A DNA stretch of 62,836 bases, counting the filler, from Octopus bimaculoides (Eukaryota), in assembly GCF_001194135.2 (NCBI RefSeq). It is 4 parts of 3 records of this genome, joined end to end, with 100 filler letters (N's around TTAATTAATTAA, not from the genome) between each part and the next. Parts side by side here need not be neighbours in the genome. Positions count along the whole stretch, not along the records: positions 1 to 30,378 come from NC_068987.1; positions 30,479 to 54,046 come from NC_069002.1; 2 more parts are not named here. One strand, 5' to 3'. Under the pieces are notes generated by a model that did not search any database, was not told the DNA's origin, and worked only from the letters and a program-made list of their open reading frames with translations. This document shows, piece after piece, positions 26,373 to 39,116 of this stretch; within the stretch, counting starts at the first letter, position 1, and each line of letters begins with the position of its first letter. The translations under genes were made by a program, and so were the position numbers.

Positions 26373-27714
26373 AATACACACACGGTATATTACGTGCTTG
26401 TGTACCTTCGTGCTCACTCACAGAATCATATTTATAACCGTGTCTTCAGCGAATTTCCCATTACCCATACAAACCACTATAAGCCCACCCCTATTAACTT
26501 TCGGAAATGCATCAACGTTTCAACTTTCCATATCCGTTCTACTATAGAGGAGAGACTTTTTCAAATTTACGTAAATGTTTAAATATTAGCTCTTTTGCAA
26601 CAAAATCTGGTAATTTAACAAGATAGACAAATAATTTTGTATATAAACTGATCGTATTTTGGAAATCGATATAAAATGTTTGGATTCAGTTAATGTATTG
26701 TGACTGTCAATTGAGCTTAAATGATTTGTATGTGTTGGAAATTGCTTTTATTGATTAGCCATTGTAAAGTTGATTGGTCAATTAGTTGCTAATAGCAACC
26801 CAACAAACATTCACAATAGAGAGTTGTTTCACAGATTGTTAGACGTTCAATTTTCTATTTGAAATAATTATCCATTTTAAATTATCAACCAAATATTGCT
26901 CTTATCTAGGTCAGGTTAACATTAGGATGAAGAGAATTTTAAAACTCACTTTACATTGCTGATTTGATAGAGCCGCACACGTATTTTCTTTACATCCGGC
27001 TATTGATTTTTCTATAAAATAAAACAGAAACTATAGAAAAACGAGTATTACTATGGTTTATGTCTCCATATGTGTGTAATCTTTACATTCATACTGTCGT
27101 ACAGTCATACAGTGCAATACTCAACTTAGAGGTGGGAAAGATCATTTTTAAAACTGAAGTGCTGTCTGTTAACAATCTGAAGAATGAATATGACAGCTCA
27201 CTGTTCACATGGTACAAAGAATTTATCGTTGATTTCCGAATACGAGTGAATCAAGGTGAAAAAGTATATTTCTACTCGAACAATCAGAAAACCACAGGTT
27301 TCTTAAAAGAGATATCGAAGAATTTATTTCAAATGGTAGAAGTTATTGATAACTTTGTTCTTCTGGCATTATGGTGAACAATTACTGAATGCGGAAGCAA
27401 AAACCAACGCTAAGTAAGACAAGTGTTAGGTCTGAACAGAATTTTGTAGGGAAAATCAACGATGTATATAATAATAGTAAAATAGGTTAGTAAAGGCATT
27501 TAATAAAGACATCTATATGACGCATTTTCCAAATGAATTATATAGAGGTCAGATATAAACATTGAATACGAATGAAAACCGAAGGCTTCAAGAAATGGTG
27601 ATAGTATGAATGGTCCTAGTTTTGCAGACAATTTGAATAATGGTTTTCGACATTTTGGCTTGAATAGAATTCAGGAACTCGAACATCTTTTATCCTTTAA
27701 ATTTTATCTTTTAT

Positions 27715-27926
27715 TTTTTACTTGTTTCAGTCATTAGACTTAGGCCATGCTGGAGCACTGTCTGGAAGAACTTTTGATCGAATTTAGTTGACTGCAGTAC
27801 TCATTTTTTAAAGTCCGATGCTTATTCTATCAATCTCTTTTCCTTTTCCAGAACCGCTATGTTACGGGGACTTAAAAATACCAACACCGGTTGTCAAGCG
27901 GATGTGGGGGAACAAATATAAACACA
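27715..27926 (-). mobile_element. SINE family A, right half
   Basis: TTGTTTCAGTCATT..ACT..GGCCATGCTGGAGCAC...GAACCGCTA.GTTACGGGGAC. Confidence 0.8.
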
Positions 27927-28282
27927 NNNNNNNNNNNNNNNNNNNNNNNNNNNNNNNNNNNNNNNNNNNNNNNNNNNNNNNNNNNNNNNNNNNNNNNNNN
28001 NNNNNNNNNNNNNNNNNNNNNNNNNNNNNNNNNNNNNNNNNNNNNNNNNNNNNNNNNNNNNNNNNNNNNNNNNNNNNNNNNNNNNNNNNNNNNNNNNNNN
28101 NNNNNNNNNNNNNNNNNNNNNNNNNNNNNNNNNNNNNNNNNNNNNNNNNNNNNNNNNNNNNNNNNNNNNNNNNNNNNNNNNNNNNNNNNNNNNNNNNNNN
28201 NNNNNNNNNNNNNNNNNNNNNNNNNNNNNNNNNNNNNNNNNNNNNNNNNNNNNNNNNNNNTATAAAAAATTATTTCGGATAT

Positions 28283-28496
28283 GGCGCAAAAATGGATGTG
28301 TGGTTAAGGAACTCGCTTTGAAACCACGTGGTTTTTAGTTCAGTCCCACTGCACGTCATCTCTAGCCTTGGGCCGCCCAATGCTTTGTGAATGAATTTGG
28401 TAGACGAAAATTGTGTAGAAGCCCGTCGTGCATATATGTGTGTGCGCGTGCGTGCGTGCGTGACTCTGTGTGTGTGCGTGCGTGCGTGCGTGCGTG

Positions 28497-28532
<36 letters not shown>

Positions 28533-28712
28533 GTACGCGCGTCTTGGCGTCTATGTTTGTTATCCTCACTCAACCCCACTACTTGATAACGGTACTGGTT
28601 TGTTTATGTTCTCATAACAGCAAAGGAAATCGTTATAATAATTACCAGACTGAGGTGACTTGTTCGACGAAAACGCTTCAAGGCGGTCTTTTGAGTAACT
28701 TGCAAGTGTTCT
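28283..28712 (+). mobile_element. SINE family A, diverged with deletions
   Basis: TTCAGTCCCACTGC...GAAGCCCGTCG then a (TG)n tract and a degraded right half. Confidence 0.7.
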
Positions 28713-29077
28713 AGAAAACTCTTGCGTTTTATGTTGCTTTATTTATATATTTTCATTTACTTATTTATTTACTCTTATTTATTCTTATCTATTAAATTAT
28801 TTGTATTTTGGGTGTTGTTGCCCTTATTTGTTTTGTATGTTTGTAAAAGTATTTATGTCATAAATGACATTCAGTGAGTTTATAGGTTACACGCATTGAA
28901 CCTTCAAGACAAATATCTTTCTGCAATATTATGCTGTATAAAAAATGTTATAAAAGCATTTAACATTTACCTAAAAATAAGATACATCACTACATGCAAA
29001 ACTTCTGTATACATGTTAAAGGTGTTTCATTATCTAGATTATTGAAGAAATTAATATTTCGACATTAGTACACTGAC

Positions 29078-29792
29078 TTGGCAGAATCGTTAGTACATCG
29101 AGCAAAATAACAACCGGCATTTTGTGCGTCTTTATGCTCTGAGTTCAAATTCCGCCAAGGTCGAATTTACCTTTCATCGTTTTGGGGTCGATAAATTAAG
29201 TACCAGTTGAGCACTGGGGTCGATCTAATCGACTTAATTTTTTTTGTCTGGCCTTGCTTGTTCCCTCTATGTTTACCCCCTTGTGGGAAATAAAAAAATA
29301 AGAATCGTTAGCACGCCGCGCAAAATGCTTTGTGACATTTCGACTGTCTTTGCGTTCTGAGTTCAAATTCCGCCGTGGTCGACTTTGCCTTTCATCCTCT
29401 CGGGGTTGATAAATTAAGTACCAGTTGCGTATTGGGGTCAGTCTAATCGACTGGCCCCCCTCCCCCAAAATTGTGCCAAAATTTGAAACAAAAATTTCGG
29501 TATGAAGGCAGCAAGCTGGCAGAATCGTTAGCACGCCGGACAAAATGCTTAGTGGTATTTCGTCCGTCTTTATATGTACTGGGTTCAAATTCCGCCGATG
29601 TCGACTTTGTATTTCCTCCTTTGGTCCTGTGCCAAAATTCGAAGCAAAAATTTCGATATGAAGGCGACAAACTGGCAGAATCGTTAGCACGCCGGACAAA
29701 ATGCTTAGCGGTATTTTCTCCGTACTGAGTTCAAATTCCGCCGAAGTCGACTCTGTATTTTATACTTTGGACCTGTGCCAAAATTTGAAACC
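29078..29792 (+). mobile_element. Cluster of four SINE family B copies or heads, the last two tandemly duplicated
   Basis: GGCAGAATCGTTAGCACGCC and GAGTTCAAATTCCGCC recur; periods of ~156 and ~146 bp from 29472. Confidence 0.85.
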
Positions 29793-30378
29793 AAGTTGAA
29801 TTAAAAGCAATATGTAGAAGGAAAGATAGAGTGGTTTGGATCAACCTCAGTATTTTGCTGGTACTTATTTCTCCGAATAAGAAAGGACGGAAAGCAACCG
29901 TAATCCCTGGTGAGAACTAATATCAATTCCGTTATCTACGACCATTTAGCTCCACAAAATAACTAATAGTTATAAATATGTTATGTCGAGAGGATGTTAA
30001 AAGAGATTCGGGTCGTAATCGGGAGTCTTTGTTATCGCTGTACTTAAACATTGCTCGGAAAAACGATAACGATAAAAACGAAAGCTAGATTTCAATACAA
30101 TACCAAAATACATTTAGCGGTTTCCAAGCAACTTTGAAATAAGAACGTTTCGCTTGCTTTACGTAAAAGAATGAGTGATGTCATCTGTAATATTTATAAA
30201 GTGTTTTCGAATTCAAACAGCAAATATCTATCACGGATGGTGTTCCGTATTAATTATAAATATTCGTTAAAGACAAACAGAGAAGTAAAATAAATTCATA
30301 TATCTATGCACACAAATGTATGTATTTACGTATGTGTATGTATATATATATACAGAGACACATATTCATATATATATA

Positions 30379-30478
30379 NNNNNNNNNNNNNNNNNNNNNN
30401 NNNNNNNNNNNNNNNNNNNNNNTTAATTAATTAANNNNNNNNNNNNNNNNNNNNNNNNNNNNNNNNNNNNNNNNNNNN
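30379..30478. other. Artificial 100-bp gap spacer (44 N + TTAATTAATTAA + 44 N)
   Basis: Identical geometry at 54047-54146 and 61435-61534; the 12-mer has stops in all six frames. Confidence 0.95.
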
Positions 30479-30529
<51 letters not shown>

Positions 30530-31155
30530 TATACACATGCATATACATGAATATATATATACATATATATACACATGCATATACATGAATATATATACAC
30601 GCATGTATATACATGAATATATATATATATATATATACACATAAACATGTATATATATACATATATAAACATGCATATACATATATATTCATTATCCATG
30701 TTTATATATATATGTACATATATATATATATATATAAACATGCATATTCATAAACATATATAGAAAGAGATGTGTCGTGTATGTATATAAAAATATACAT
30801 GTGCATATGCGTTTACAATTGTCTGTATACTCTGTATACATCTCTATCGCTGTATTCACAAAATTTTCGTTCTCAGTGCCCCCTGCTCTCCTGCAAAACA
30901 AAGCAGTCAGCGAATACACTGAAGTCAGGAAAACTATTTGTATTTCAGTGCGTTCGCTCACGTCTAGTATTACCACTTGTCCGCAGAGACATATTACAAC
31001 AGGTTAACATTCTATAATACTTGCAATAACTTACTAATTTTAATTTTCATATTTCCATTTATTTATTTTAAATTCTGTTCCTTATTTTCTTTACGTATGT
31101 GAACTTCCATAGAACTAACACTACCATTTCCACACATACATATTAACATATTAGT

Positions 31156-31530
31156 GGGAGCGCCATGGCCCAGTAACTAGGGCAGCAGACACGCGGTCAT
31201 AGGATCGCGGTTTCGATTCCCAGACTGAGCGCTGTGAGTGCTTATTGTGCGAAAACATTTAAAGCNNNNNNNNNNNNNNNNNNNNNNNNNNNNNNNNNNN
31301 NNNNNNNNNNNNNCCACGAAGATCCGGCAGGGTGGGGTGGGTGGGGTGTCGAACCCTGCTGCACTCTTTCACCACAACTTTCTCTCACTCTTTCTTCCAG
31401 TTTCTTCTGAATCTCTCCCGAGAACTACGTTAAGGGTACATGTGTCTGTGGAATGCTCAGCCACTTGCACGTTAATTTCACGAGTTGATTGGATCAACTG
31501 GAACCCTCGTCGTCGTAACCGACTGAGTGC
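31156..31530 (+). mobile_element. SINE family C
   Basis: Homologous to 1196-1562. Confidence 0.85.
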
Positions 31531-33367
31531 CGTAGTAATATATATATATATATATATATATATAAACGATGGTGGATTTCTATTAATCTGTGAAGAGAAA
31601 GAATTGGTAAATTTCAGCAAAGGGATAGATGTATATATTGATTGACAGGCTAAATAGATATATGTAGCATAAAGCATAAGCTAGCGTTTGTCTGTAGATA
31701 TATATACATATATATGTTTATGAATGATTATCGATAGGTGTATGTGTTTGGTTGAAGATATGTCTATGTATCAATGTCGGCACATATGTTCGTATGTGCA
31801 CACGTTTGCTGATACTTTAGGAGATGAGTGCACTTGTATGAATGTAGAATTAATACATCCATATATACATATATATATATATATGTGTGTGTGTGAGAGA
31901 GAGAGAGAATGCTGGTATAGATATAGTTTTATTATACATATTAATGCGGGTTGCTATCTACTTGTGTGTACGGACGCATTCGTGTATCGTTTCCATACAT
32001 GTTTTATAATGTTATATAGGTGCGCAGGCACAATTCTCGCATGCACAAATAGCTGCATACTCACACACACACATACGAACACAGAAACACACGTACACAC
32101 ACACACACACACACACACACATACTGATCACTTTTAATTCTGTCGACTGAGCAGGAAATTCTTCCCGAGAAAGTTTTAGAAAACCGAAACAACATTCATT
32201 GTTTTAACCAGTGAAGGGCCACACCTCAGCTCATCCTTCGTTTTCCGTATTTCTAAATATTTAATTTATTTTATTACTGTTGACTACTGCTTGCTTTTTT
32301 TAAAAAAAATATATATTTGAAGCATCTCTCGGTGGGAATTTCTATTTACTAACTGCATGGATAATCCCATTTAATCAACTTTTCTTTTCAATTCTCTATA
32401 TTAGATACACGAAACCCTACTGTATTAACATTACTTTTATTTAATGTTCAGCAGAGACGATATAAGTCCAAATTGCATGATGGGTGCTTCCTCAAAAATC
32501 TATGAATAATCTATAATCCATGTTGATCTGACGGTGGATTATGGCTTCACTGTAGTACTTACCCTGATATACCTTTACAATTTATTGATTACATTGACTA
32601 TTTACTCATTTATTCTTAATATATCTAGGCAGGTTCTGGCGCAAAATATGCTGGACGCTGTTGTGTATATTTTAGGAGAATAACGTCTTCCTTCTACAAT
32701 GATAGTGCGTTCGACACGCTCGTTTCCTTGGCGTACGGCATTCTGGGACACCAGTGTTTCGACATTTTGTATATCGTCAGTCGGAACCCTGAGCCTAAAC
32801 AAAGCCGCTATATTTGTTTATGCTTTCAGCGAACAGAATTTTTTGCAGATCGGTTCTTATATCAAGCCAACCGCCAAAAAGTCTGTATTTGCACCGACAA
32901 CAGTGGTAGACGGCGCAGATAACGATTTTTGATTTATGGAATCACACTTCCGACAATGCGAAACAATAGATTTCCTCTGACACACTATCNNNNNNNNNNN
33001 NNNNNNNNNNNNNNNNNNNNNNNNNNNNNNNNNNNNNNNNNNNNNNNNNNNNNNNNNNNNNNNNNNNNNNNNNNNNNNNNNNNNNNNNNNNNNNNNNNNN
33101 NNNNNNNNNNNNNNNNNNNNNNNNNNNNNNNNNNNNNNNNNNNNNNNNNNNNNNNNNATGCATAATTTAAAAAGAACATAGTTTTTTAATGCAACATTGA
33201 ATGTATATATATATATAAAAGGGGTTTGTATGATAGTGTATAGAGGAATATGTTACTCAAAGGAATTCCAAATCTGTCTGTTTTTTATGTTTTATTTATA
33301 TTCTTATAATATTAATGTAGGATATGGAGTATATAATATATTCAGTAAAATGAAATGAAGTATTGAT

Positions 33368-33402
<35 letters not shown>

Positions 33403-33489
33403 GTTCGTGAAACATCAACATGTATACCCAGAGACATACTTATTCAACAAATCGGAAGCATTATATTTTTTTGCATCTAGAATTTAATT

Positions 33490-33665
33490 ATAGTTTCTGA
33501 TTTAGGCACAAGGTGAGCAATTTTTGTGGGAAGAGGGTAAGTCATTACTTTTAACTCCAGTTCTTCACTGGTTCTTTGTCGACCCCTGAAGGATGAAAAG
33601 CAAGGTCGATGTTGACAGGATCTGAACTCAAAACGTGACGATCTAAAACAGACTCAGCAAGGCAT
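33490..33665 (-). mobile_element. SINE family B, diverged
   Basis: GTCGACCCCTGAAGGATGAAAAGCAAGGTCGA...TGAACTCA. Confidence 0.7.
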
Positions 33666-33929
33666 TAATGCTTCTGTACTAATTGTACTAATGAGTGTGA
33701 AATAATAACCATTGTCCAATTCAGTTTCTGTATCATTTGAAATCAAAATCTCATGTCTACATAGTGTGCTGTTATATCACAACTAGATAACTGAGCTCTG
33801 TGCATCGAGCTCAGATCTTCCAGTTCTATAATGTTGTTTCTTGTTGGAAAGAGAAAGAAAACCGTTATCCTTTCATTCTAGGCTATAGCTGACTTAGTGT
33901 TCATTGAATTATTTCTGTCTTTTCCAAGA

Positions 33930-34145
33930 TGGCCAGCTGAAAGAATCGATATTGCACCGGTCAAAATGCTTAGCACCATTCCTTTCAGCTTTTTACATTC
34001 TGAGTTAAAATTACGCCACGGTTGACTTTGCCTTTCATCATTTCAATGTCGAGAAAGTAAGTACAATTTGAGCAGTGGGGTTGATGCTATCGAAATCCAC
34101 CCCTACCTCAAAATTACTGGCCTTGTGCCAAAATTAGAAAGAATT
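33930..34145 (+). mobile_element. SINE family B, diverged
   Basis: AAAATGCTTAGC...CTGAGTTAAAATT...TTGACTTTGCCTTTCATC. Confidence 0.7.
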
Positions 34146-35282
34146 GTTTCTGTATTTTCTAGCAGTGCTACTATAATAGCCCCAGCTCCTCGGAGGTCGC
34201 TGGTCTCGTATCCCCACCAATCAGGAATCTCCGGTCAACTCACCTCTCTATATTTTGCTCCCCTTTTTTCATCCAACCTCTCCTCTCCACCGGGTCCCTA
34301 CTTAATTCCTATGTTCAGTTTTTTTCCTCCCCAGAACATCATCTTTCTGAAATCTCCCCCCTGCTAATGTCTATTTTGCTAGTGTTGGATCGGCAAAATT
34401 TTAAACAGAACATTAAGGACACCAATCGTGTCGACTGGACCTTAAAAAAAAAAAGGCAAGTGAACTGCCCCTTCTTCCAGATACACCAAGTAAAAAACAA
34501 ATAAAATAGTTTTTCACTGTGCGTATGGCGATGTATTATCGGTTGGTAGATATCAGTACGGAACAGTCAATAATTTGTTTGCTGAAATTATAAACAAAAC
34601 TATCGGCTCTCTCTCTCTCTGGTAATGCTGAGGAGGGAGAACAATGTTGTCCTAGAATCTCTTATGCTAATGAAACGAGTGTTACGCACACATATTTGTC
34701 ACAAAGAAGCTGTTCACGTTCGAATCTTCCAGAACGTATTGAGAATAAACATCGTAATATGTTTAAATTTCACTGAAATCTATATAATATTAACTAAGAT
34801 TCTGTTTCTCACTGTAGGTTATTTATGTTAACTAAAATTCTTTTTCTCATTACAAACAGAGGATTGAGATTATGTATACCACGATATGAACATAATACTA
34901 ACGGCCGCTTTGGGTGTTAGAGTTGTCTTAGAAATATTTTCACAAGAACAAATTCAGGAAAGAGAACTAAGCTTTAATAAACAGTTGATTCATTCAACGT
35001 CGTTAAGTTGTTGCAATACATTGTGGTTATTATTAAAACTATTAAGATAGGAGATATATTGTAACTAGTACATTCAAGCTGCAGGCGTTCACTGCTGTAA
35101 ATTTAGGTGCATATCTCAAAAGCAGCTTCTCAGCACAAACGTTTAAGACTTGAAATCTAGTGATATAATGACTATTTTATCCTCTTGGAGCTTAGGAAGT
35201 AACATATTATACAACACTGAATATGGAAGCATCTAGGCACTAAAATTTAATTCTTTGCAGCAGCTGGCATATAATTATAATA

Positions 35283-35478
35283 TTGGTTTCAATTTTTGGC
35301 ACACGGTAAGTCGATCACATCGACCCTTGTGCTCATCTGGTACTTATTTTATCGACCCCTAAAAGATGAAAGGCAAAGTCAACCTCAGTGGAATTTGAAT
35401 TCAGAACTTAAGAACGGACGAAATGCTGCTAAGCATTTTGCCCAGCGTCCTAACAATTCTGTCAGCTCGCTGCCTTAG
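35283..35478 (-). mobile_element. SINE family B
   Basis: CTGGTACTTATTTTATCGACCCC...GATGAAAGGCAAAGTC. Confidence 0.8.
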
Positions 35479-35582
35479 CATACAATATCGAAATAATAAA
35501 ATGAAATGTAGAATATAGTACCGCATTAATGTACATTGAACATAGAAGCATCTAGGCATTGTAATTATTCTTCAATAATTAC

Positions 35583-35955
35583 TCGTTTCAGTTACTGGAC
35601 TGCAGTCATGTTGGGGGACCTCTTCGAAGAGTTTTATGGAACAAATCAGTCCTGATACTATCTTAAATCCGGTACTTATTCTATCGGGCCATTTTGCCAC
35701 ACCACAAAGTTATACCAATACTAATTGGTCAAGGGGTGGTGGGAACAAACAAACAAAAAGACACACACATGTACACATACACACATTATATGTATATAAT
35801 GTAACGGGTTTCTTTCAGTTTCCGTCTAGCAAATCCACTCACAAGGATTTGGTCGGCTTGCCTGTAGTAGAAGTCACTTGCCCAAGATGCCGTGCAGTGA
35901 AACTGAATCCTGAGCCATGTGGTTTGGGAAACAAGCTTCTTATGACACAGTCACG
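35583..35955 (-). mobile_element. SINE family A, diverged
   Basis: Both halves are recognisable. Confidence 0.75.
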
Positions 35956-36412
35956 CTTCTACCTTTCTATATCTAAAGATTCTTTTCAGAAAGAATTCGA
36001 AGAAATTTGTTTTGACCCATACTGTTTCTGCAAATGACACACACACACACACACACACTGTGTCCTCTAACATTTGGGTTTCTCTCCTAACCCTATCAAT
36101 CTCGACAAAGCAAATATTATCCAAACGTCCATATCTCTTCCTTTCCTTCATACCATAATACATAGACTTAGGGTTATTATATTTTTCCTCGTTGTTTTTT
36201 ATTTTATATTTTTTTTTCTTTTCTTGCACATAAATTCTCTTCTGTGCAATTATATTTGATTTATCATCATTTTGTTACATTTAGGAGTTACTTCGCATCA
36301 GAGTCCATAAAGCTTTCAAACGAAAAATATCATACTTATTGTTGCTTTGGCCCAGGTCAATTCTGATTGAAGAGACCTAACGGCAAAAAGATGTTACGGT
36401 CGTGGCTGTGTA

Positions 36413-36900
36413 TGCGCGGGAGTGGCTGTGTGGTAAGTAGCTTGCTTACCAATCACATGGTTCTGGGTTCAGTCCCACTGCGTGGCACCTTGGGCAAGTG
36501 TCTTCTACTATAGCCTCGGGCCGACCAAAGCCTTGTGAGTGGATTTGGTAGACGGAAACTGAAAGAAGCCTGTCGTATATATATATATATNNNNNNNNNN
36601 NNNNNNNNNNNNNNNNNNNNNNNNNNNNNNNNNNNNNNNNNNNNNNNNNNNNNNNNNNNNNNNNNNNNNNNNNNNNNNNNNNNNNNNNNNNNNNNNNNNN
36701 NNNNNNNNNNNNNNNNNNNNNNNNNNNNNNNNNNNNNNNNNNNNNNNNNNNNNNNNNNNNNNNNNNNNNNNNNNNNNNNNNNNNNNNNNNNNNNNNNNNT
36801 AGGCTTCCAAAGAATAAGTCCTGGGGTCGATTTGCTCGACTAAAGTCGGTGCTCCAGCATGGCCGCAGTCAAATGACTGAAGCGAGTAAAAGAGTAAAAG
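36413..36900 (+). mobile_element. SINE family A, near-consensus, with an internal gap
   Basis: GTGGCTGTGTGGTAAGTAGCTTGCTTACC...GGTGCTCCAGCATGGCCGCAGTCAAATGACTGAA. Confidence 0.9.
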
Positions 36901-37022
36901 AGTATATGCATATGTCTTCCTCCGTGCCTAACCAGCGGGGTGTTATCATTCGAAATCTACAACAGTGCGAAGAAGTGCTTTGTAACGCGCATCATATAAC
37001 GACATCCGATAGTCTGTTTGAG

Positions 37023-37066
<44 letters not shown>

Positions 37067-37744
37067 TAGTATCAAAGTAGGTAACGCTATACGTGTAAAT
37101 AATGAATGGCGTGTATTGGATTAAAGAAGAAAAAAAAAAAGAGAGGAAAAGTCGAAGATTGCTCTGGGACACGAACCCATACCTTCTGTGAATATGACAG
37201 GTGTTCTAACCATTATATCAAGGCCACACACGCACTGTCTGATGTGTCGCTGTTTTTTTTTAACATGACAGGATATGATTTGAGAGAGGATTTGCTCGTA
37301 TTACTAGCGGACCAGACGGCCGTATAGAGCTGGCTCATAACAACGCTTTGAGGCGGATGGGTTAGCATAAAGTGAAGAAACTTTGTTTGTGGTTTTTACT
37401 ATCTAGTTTCGTGCTCCAGGGAGCGAGGTTGAAGTTGTTAAAATAAATCAACAGCTACCTAATGAATAATTTAATAGTATTGTCCAAGTCTTTGATTGGT
37501 GAATACTGGGGGATTTCTTATGCACATCAAGAGGGTTATAAGTTAGAAGAATAAACTCTATTTCAGAAATCGATGCATAATATTTATTTGTAGAAAGAAA
37601 ATATGTGAATAATTTATCGAAATGCTACACCGATATATCTTAAGTGTAAAGGACAAAAGTCAGATGTGTACATAGTGTCTGATATAAAATGTACGTATTT
37701 GCATTTATATACGCTCAATTGTATACACATACACACACACACAC

Positions 37745-38012
37745 TCGGCGCGTGGCCTAGTGGTTCGGGAGCTTACCGCACGATCGTGGTTTCAATTTCT
37801 AGCCCGTGTGGTGCGTTGTGTTCTTGAGCAAACCACTTTGCTCGGCGACCACTGAGACACCTGACGCGTGGCACAACGTGCACCTGTTCAGGCAATGTCG
37901 ATTTGATGGCGGCGGAGAGGGGGAACTTAATATGCGGCACATACGTTTGATCACTATAAACAATTTGTGTGCAGGTTGTTCTGAGAGAGAGAACACTCCT
38001 ATGTCGTCTTCG
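37745..38012 (+). mobile_element. tRNA-derived SINE (family F), diverged
   Basis: GGCGCGTGGCCTAGTGGTT head, GGTTTCAATTTC B-box-like motif, TTGTGTTCTTGAGCAAA.CACTT body. Confidence 0.6.
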
Positions 38013-38113
38013 ACCGCAGATTCCATAATATATACACACAAGTATTCATACGTATAAACATGTACGTATGTTTGTTTATACATATATCCATGTCTGTGTT
38101 TATATGCCCCACA

Positions 38114-38144
<31 letters not shown>

Positions 38145-38654
38145 CTATATATATATATATATATACCTTATATGTATGTGTTGGTTCTAGGGTGGTAGTT
38201 GACGTGGCGATCACATGTACGTATATATAAACACATATGCATATATACACACATACAAACATATACACGAGTGCACGCGCACTCAGCATTTAGGTCCAGG
38301 CATGGTGAAAGTTCACATCTACCCTAACTAAACTAGTGATTACTTCCATGTAACAAGATAGAAAAATTTCTTCATAATGTTTAGTTAAAGAATTCCAGAT
38401 ATTTGTTAGGAATCAACCAAATTGGACTAAATGCAGCCACTGTTTCAATATGTTATTTTAAACCACAGCTAATTTTATCAAAATCTCTATTATTCGAGCT
38501 TAATTTTATTTACTTATTACTTTAAACTTTATTTTATTTCTGACATATTTTTTTGTTTTCCAAAATTTATAAACTGCAAGCTGTAATTCTTATATTACAT
38601 ATTATGTGAGTGTGTGTGTACGCGCGCACACATGTGGTCGGATGTGTATGTATG

Positions 38655-38819
38655 TAAGGCACAAGCGTGGCTGTGTGGTTAAGAAGTTGTCTTCGTAACC
38701 GCATGGTTTCTGGTTCGGTTTTGCTGTGAGGTACCTTGAGCAAGAATCTTCTACTATAGCCCACGGGCCAACCAAGGACCTTTGAGGGAACTTGGTTGAC
38801 GGAAACTGAAAGAAGTCCG

Positions 38820-38854
<35 letters not shown>

Positions 38855-39050
38855 TGTGTGTCTGTGTCTCCCCACCATCGCTTGACAACCGATGTTGGTG
38901 TGTTTAAGTTCCCGTAACGTAGCGGTTTGACAAAACAGACCGATAGAATAAGTACTAGGCTTACAAACAATAAGTCCTGGGGTCGATTTGTTCGACTAAA
39001 GTCGGTGCTCCAGCATGACCGCAGTTAAATGATTGAAACAAATAAAAGAA
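38655..39050 (+). mobile_element. SINE family A, full length
   Basis: Both halves with an internal (TA)n. Confidence 0.85.
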
Positions 39051-39116
39051 TTTAAAAAAAAGAATATATATTTTTCTTTTTACTTGTCATTTNNNNNNNN
39101 NNNNNNNNNNNNNNNN

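Noticed and set aside
29196-29728. 167-aa and neighbouring ORFs (similarly 40756-41151 and 50343-50730)
   Set aside because: Entirely within SINE copies; the same peptides (e.g. DERQSRPRRNLNS, GFFQFPSTKSTHKALVGPRL) recur wherever the SINE recurs.
30423-30434. Recurrent TTAATTAATTAA palindrome (also 54091-54102 and 61479-61490)
   Set aside because: Always centred between exactly 44 N on each side (100 bp total) and encodes stops in six frames; it is an assembly spacer, not biology.
32743-32785. Hammerhead-like motif on the minus strand (CTGACGA…GAAA-CAC-TG-GTG-TC)
   Set aside because: No G-C pair closes helix II, and helix I cannot form (CCGA vs CCAG); probably coincidental.
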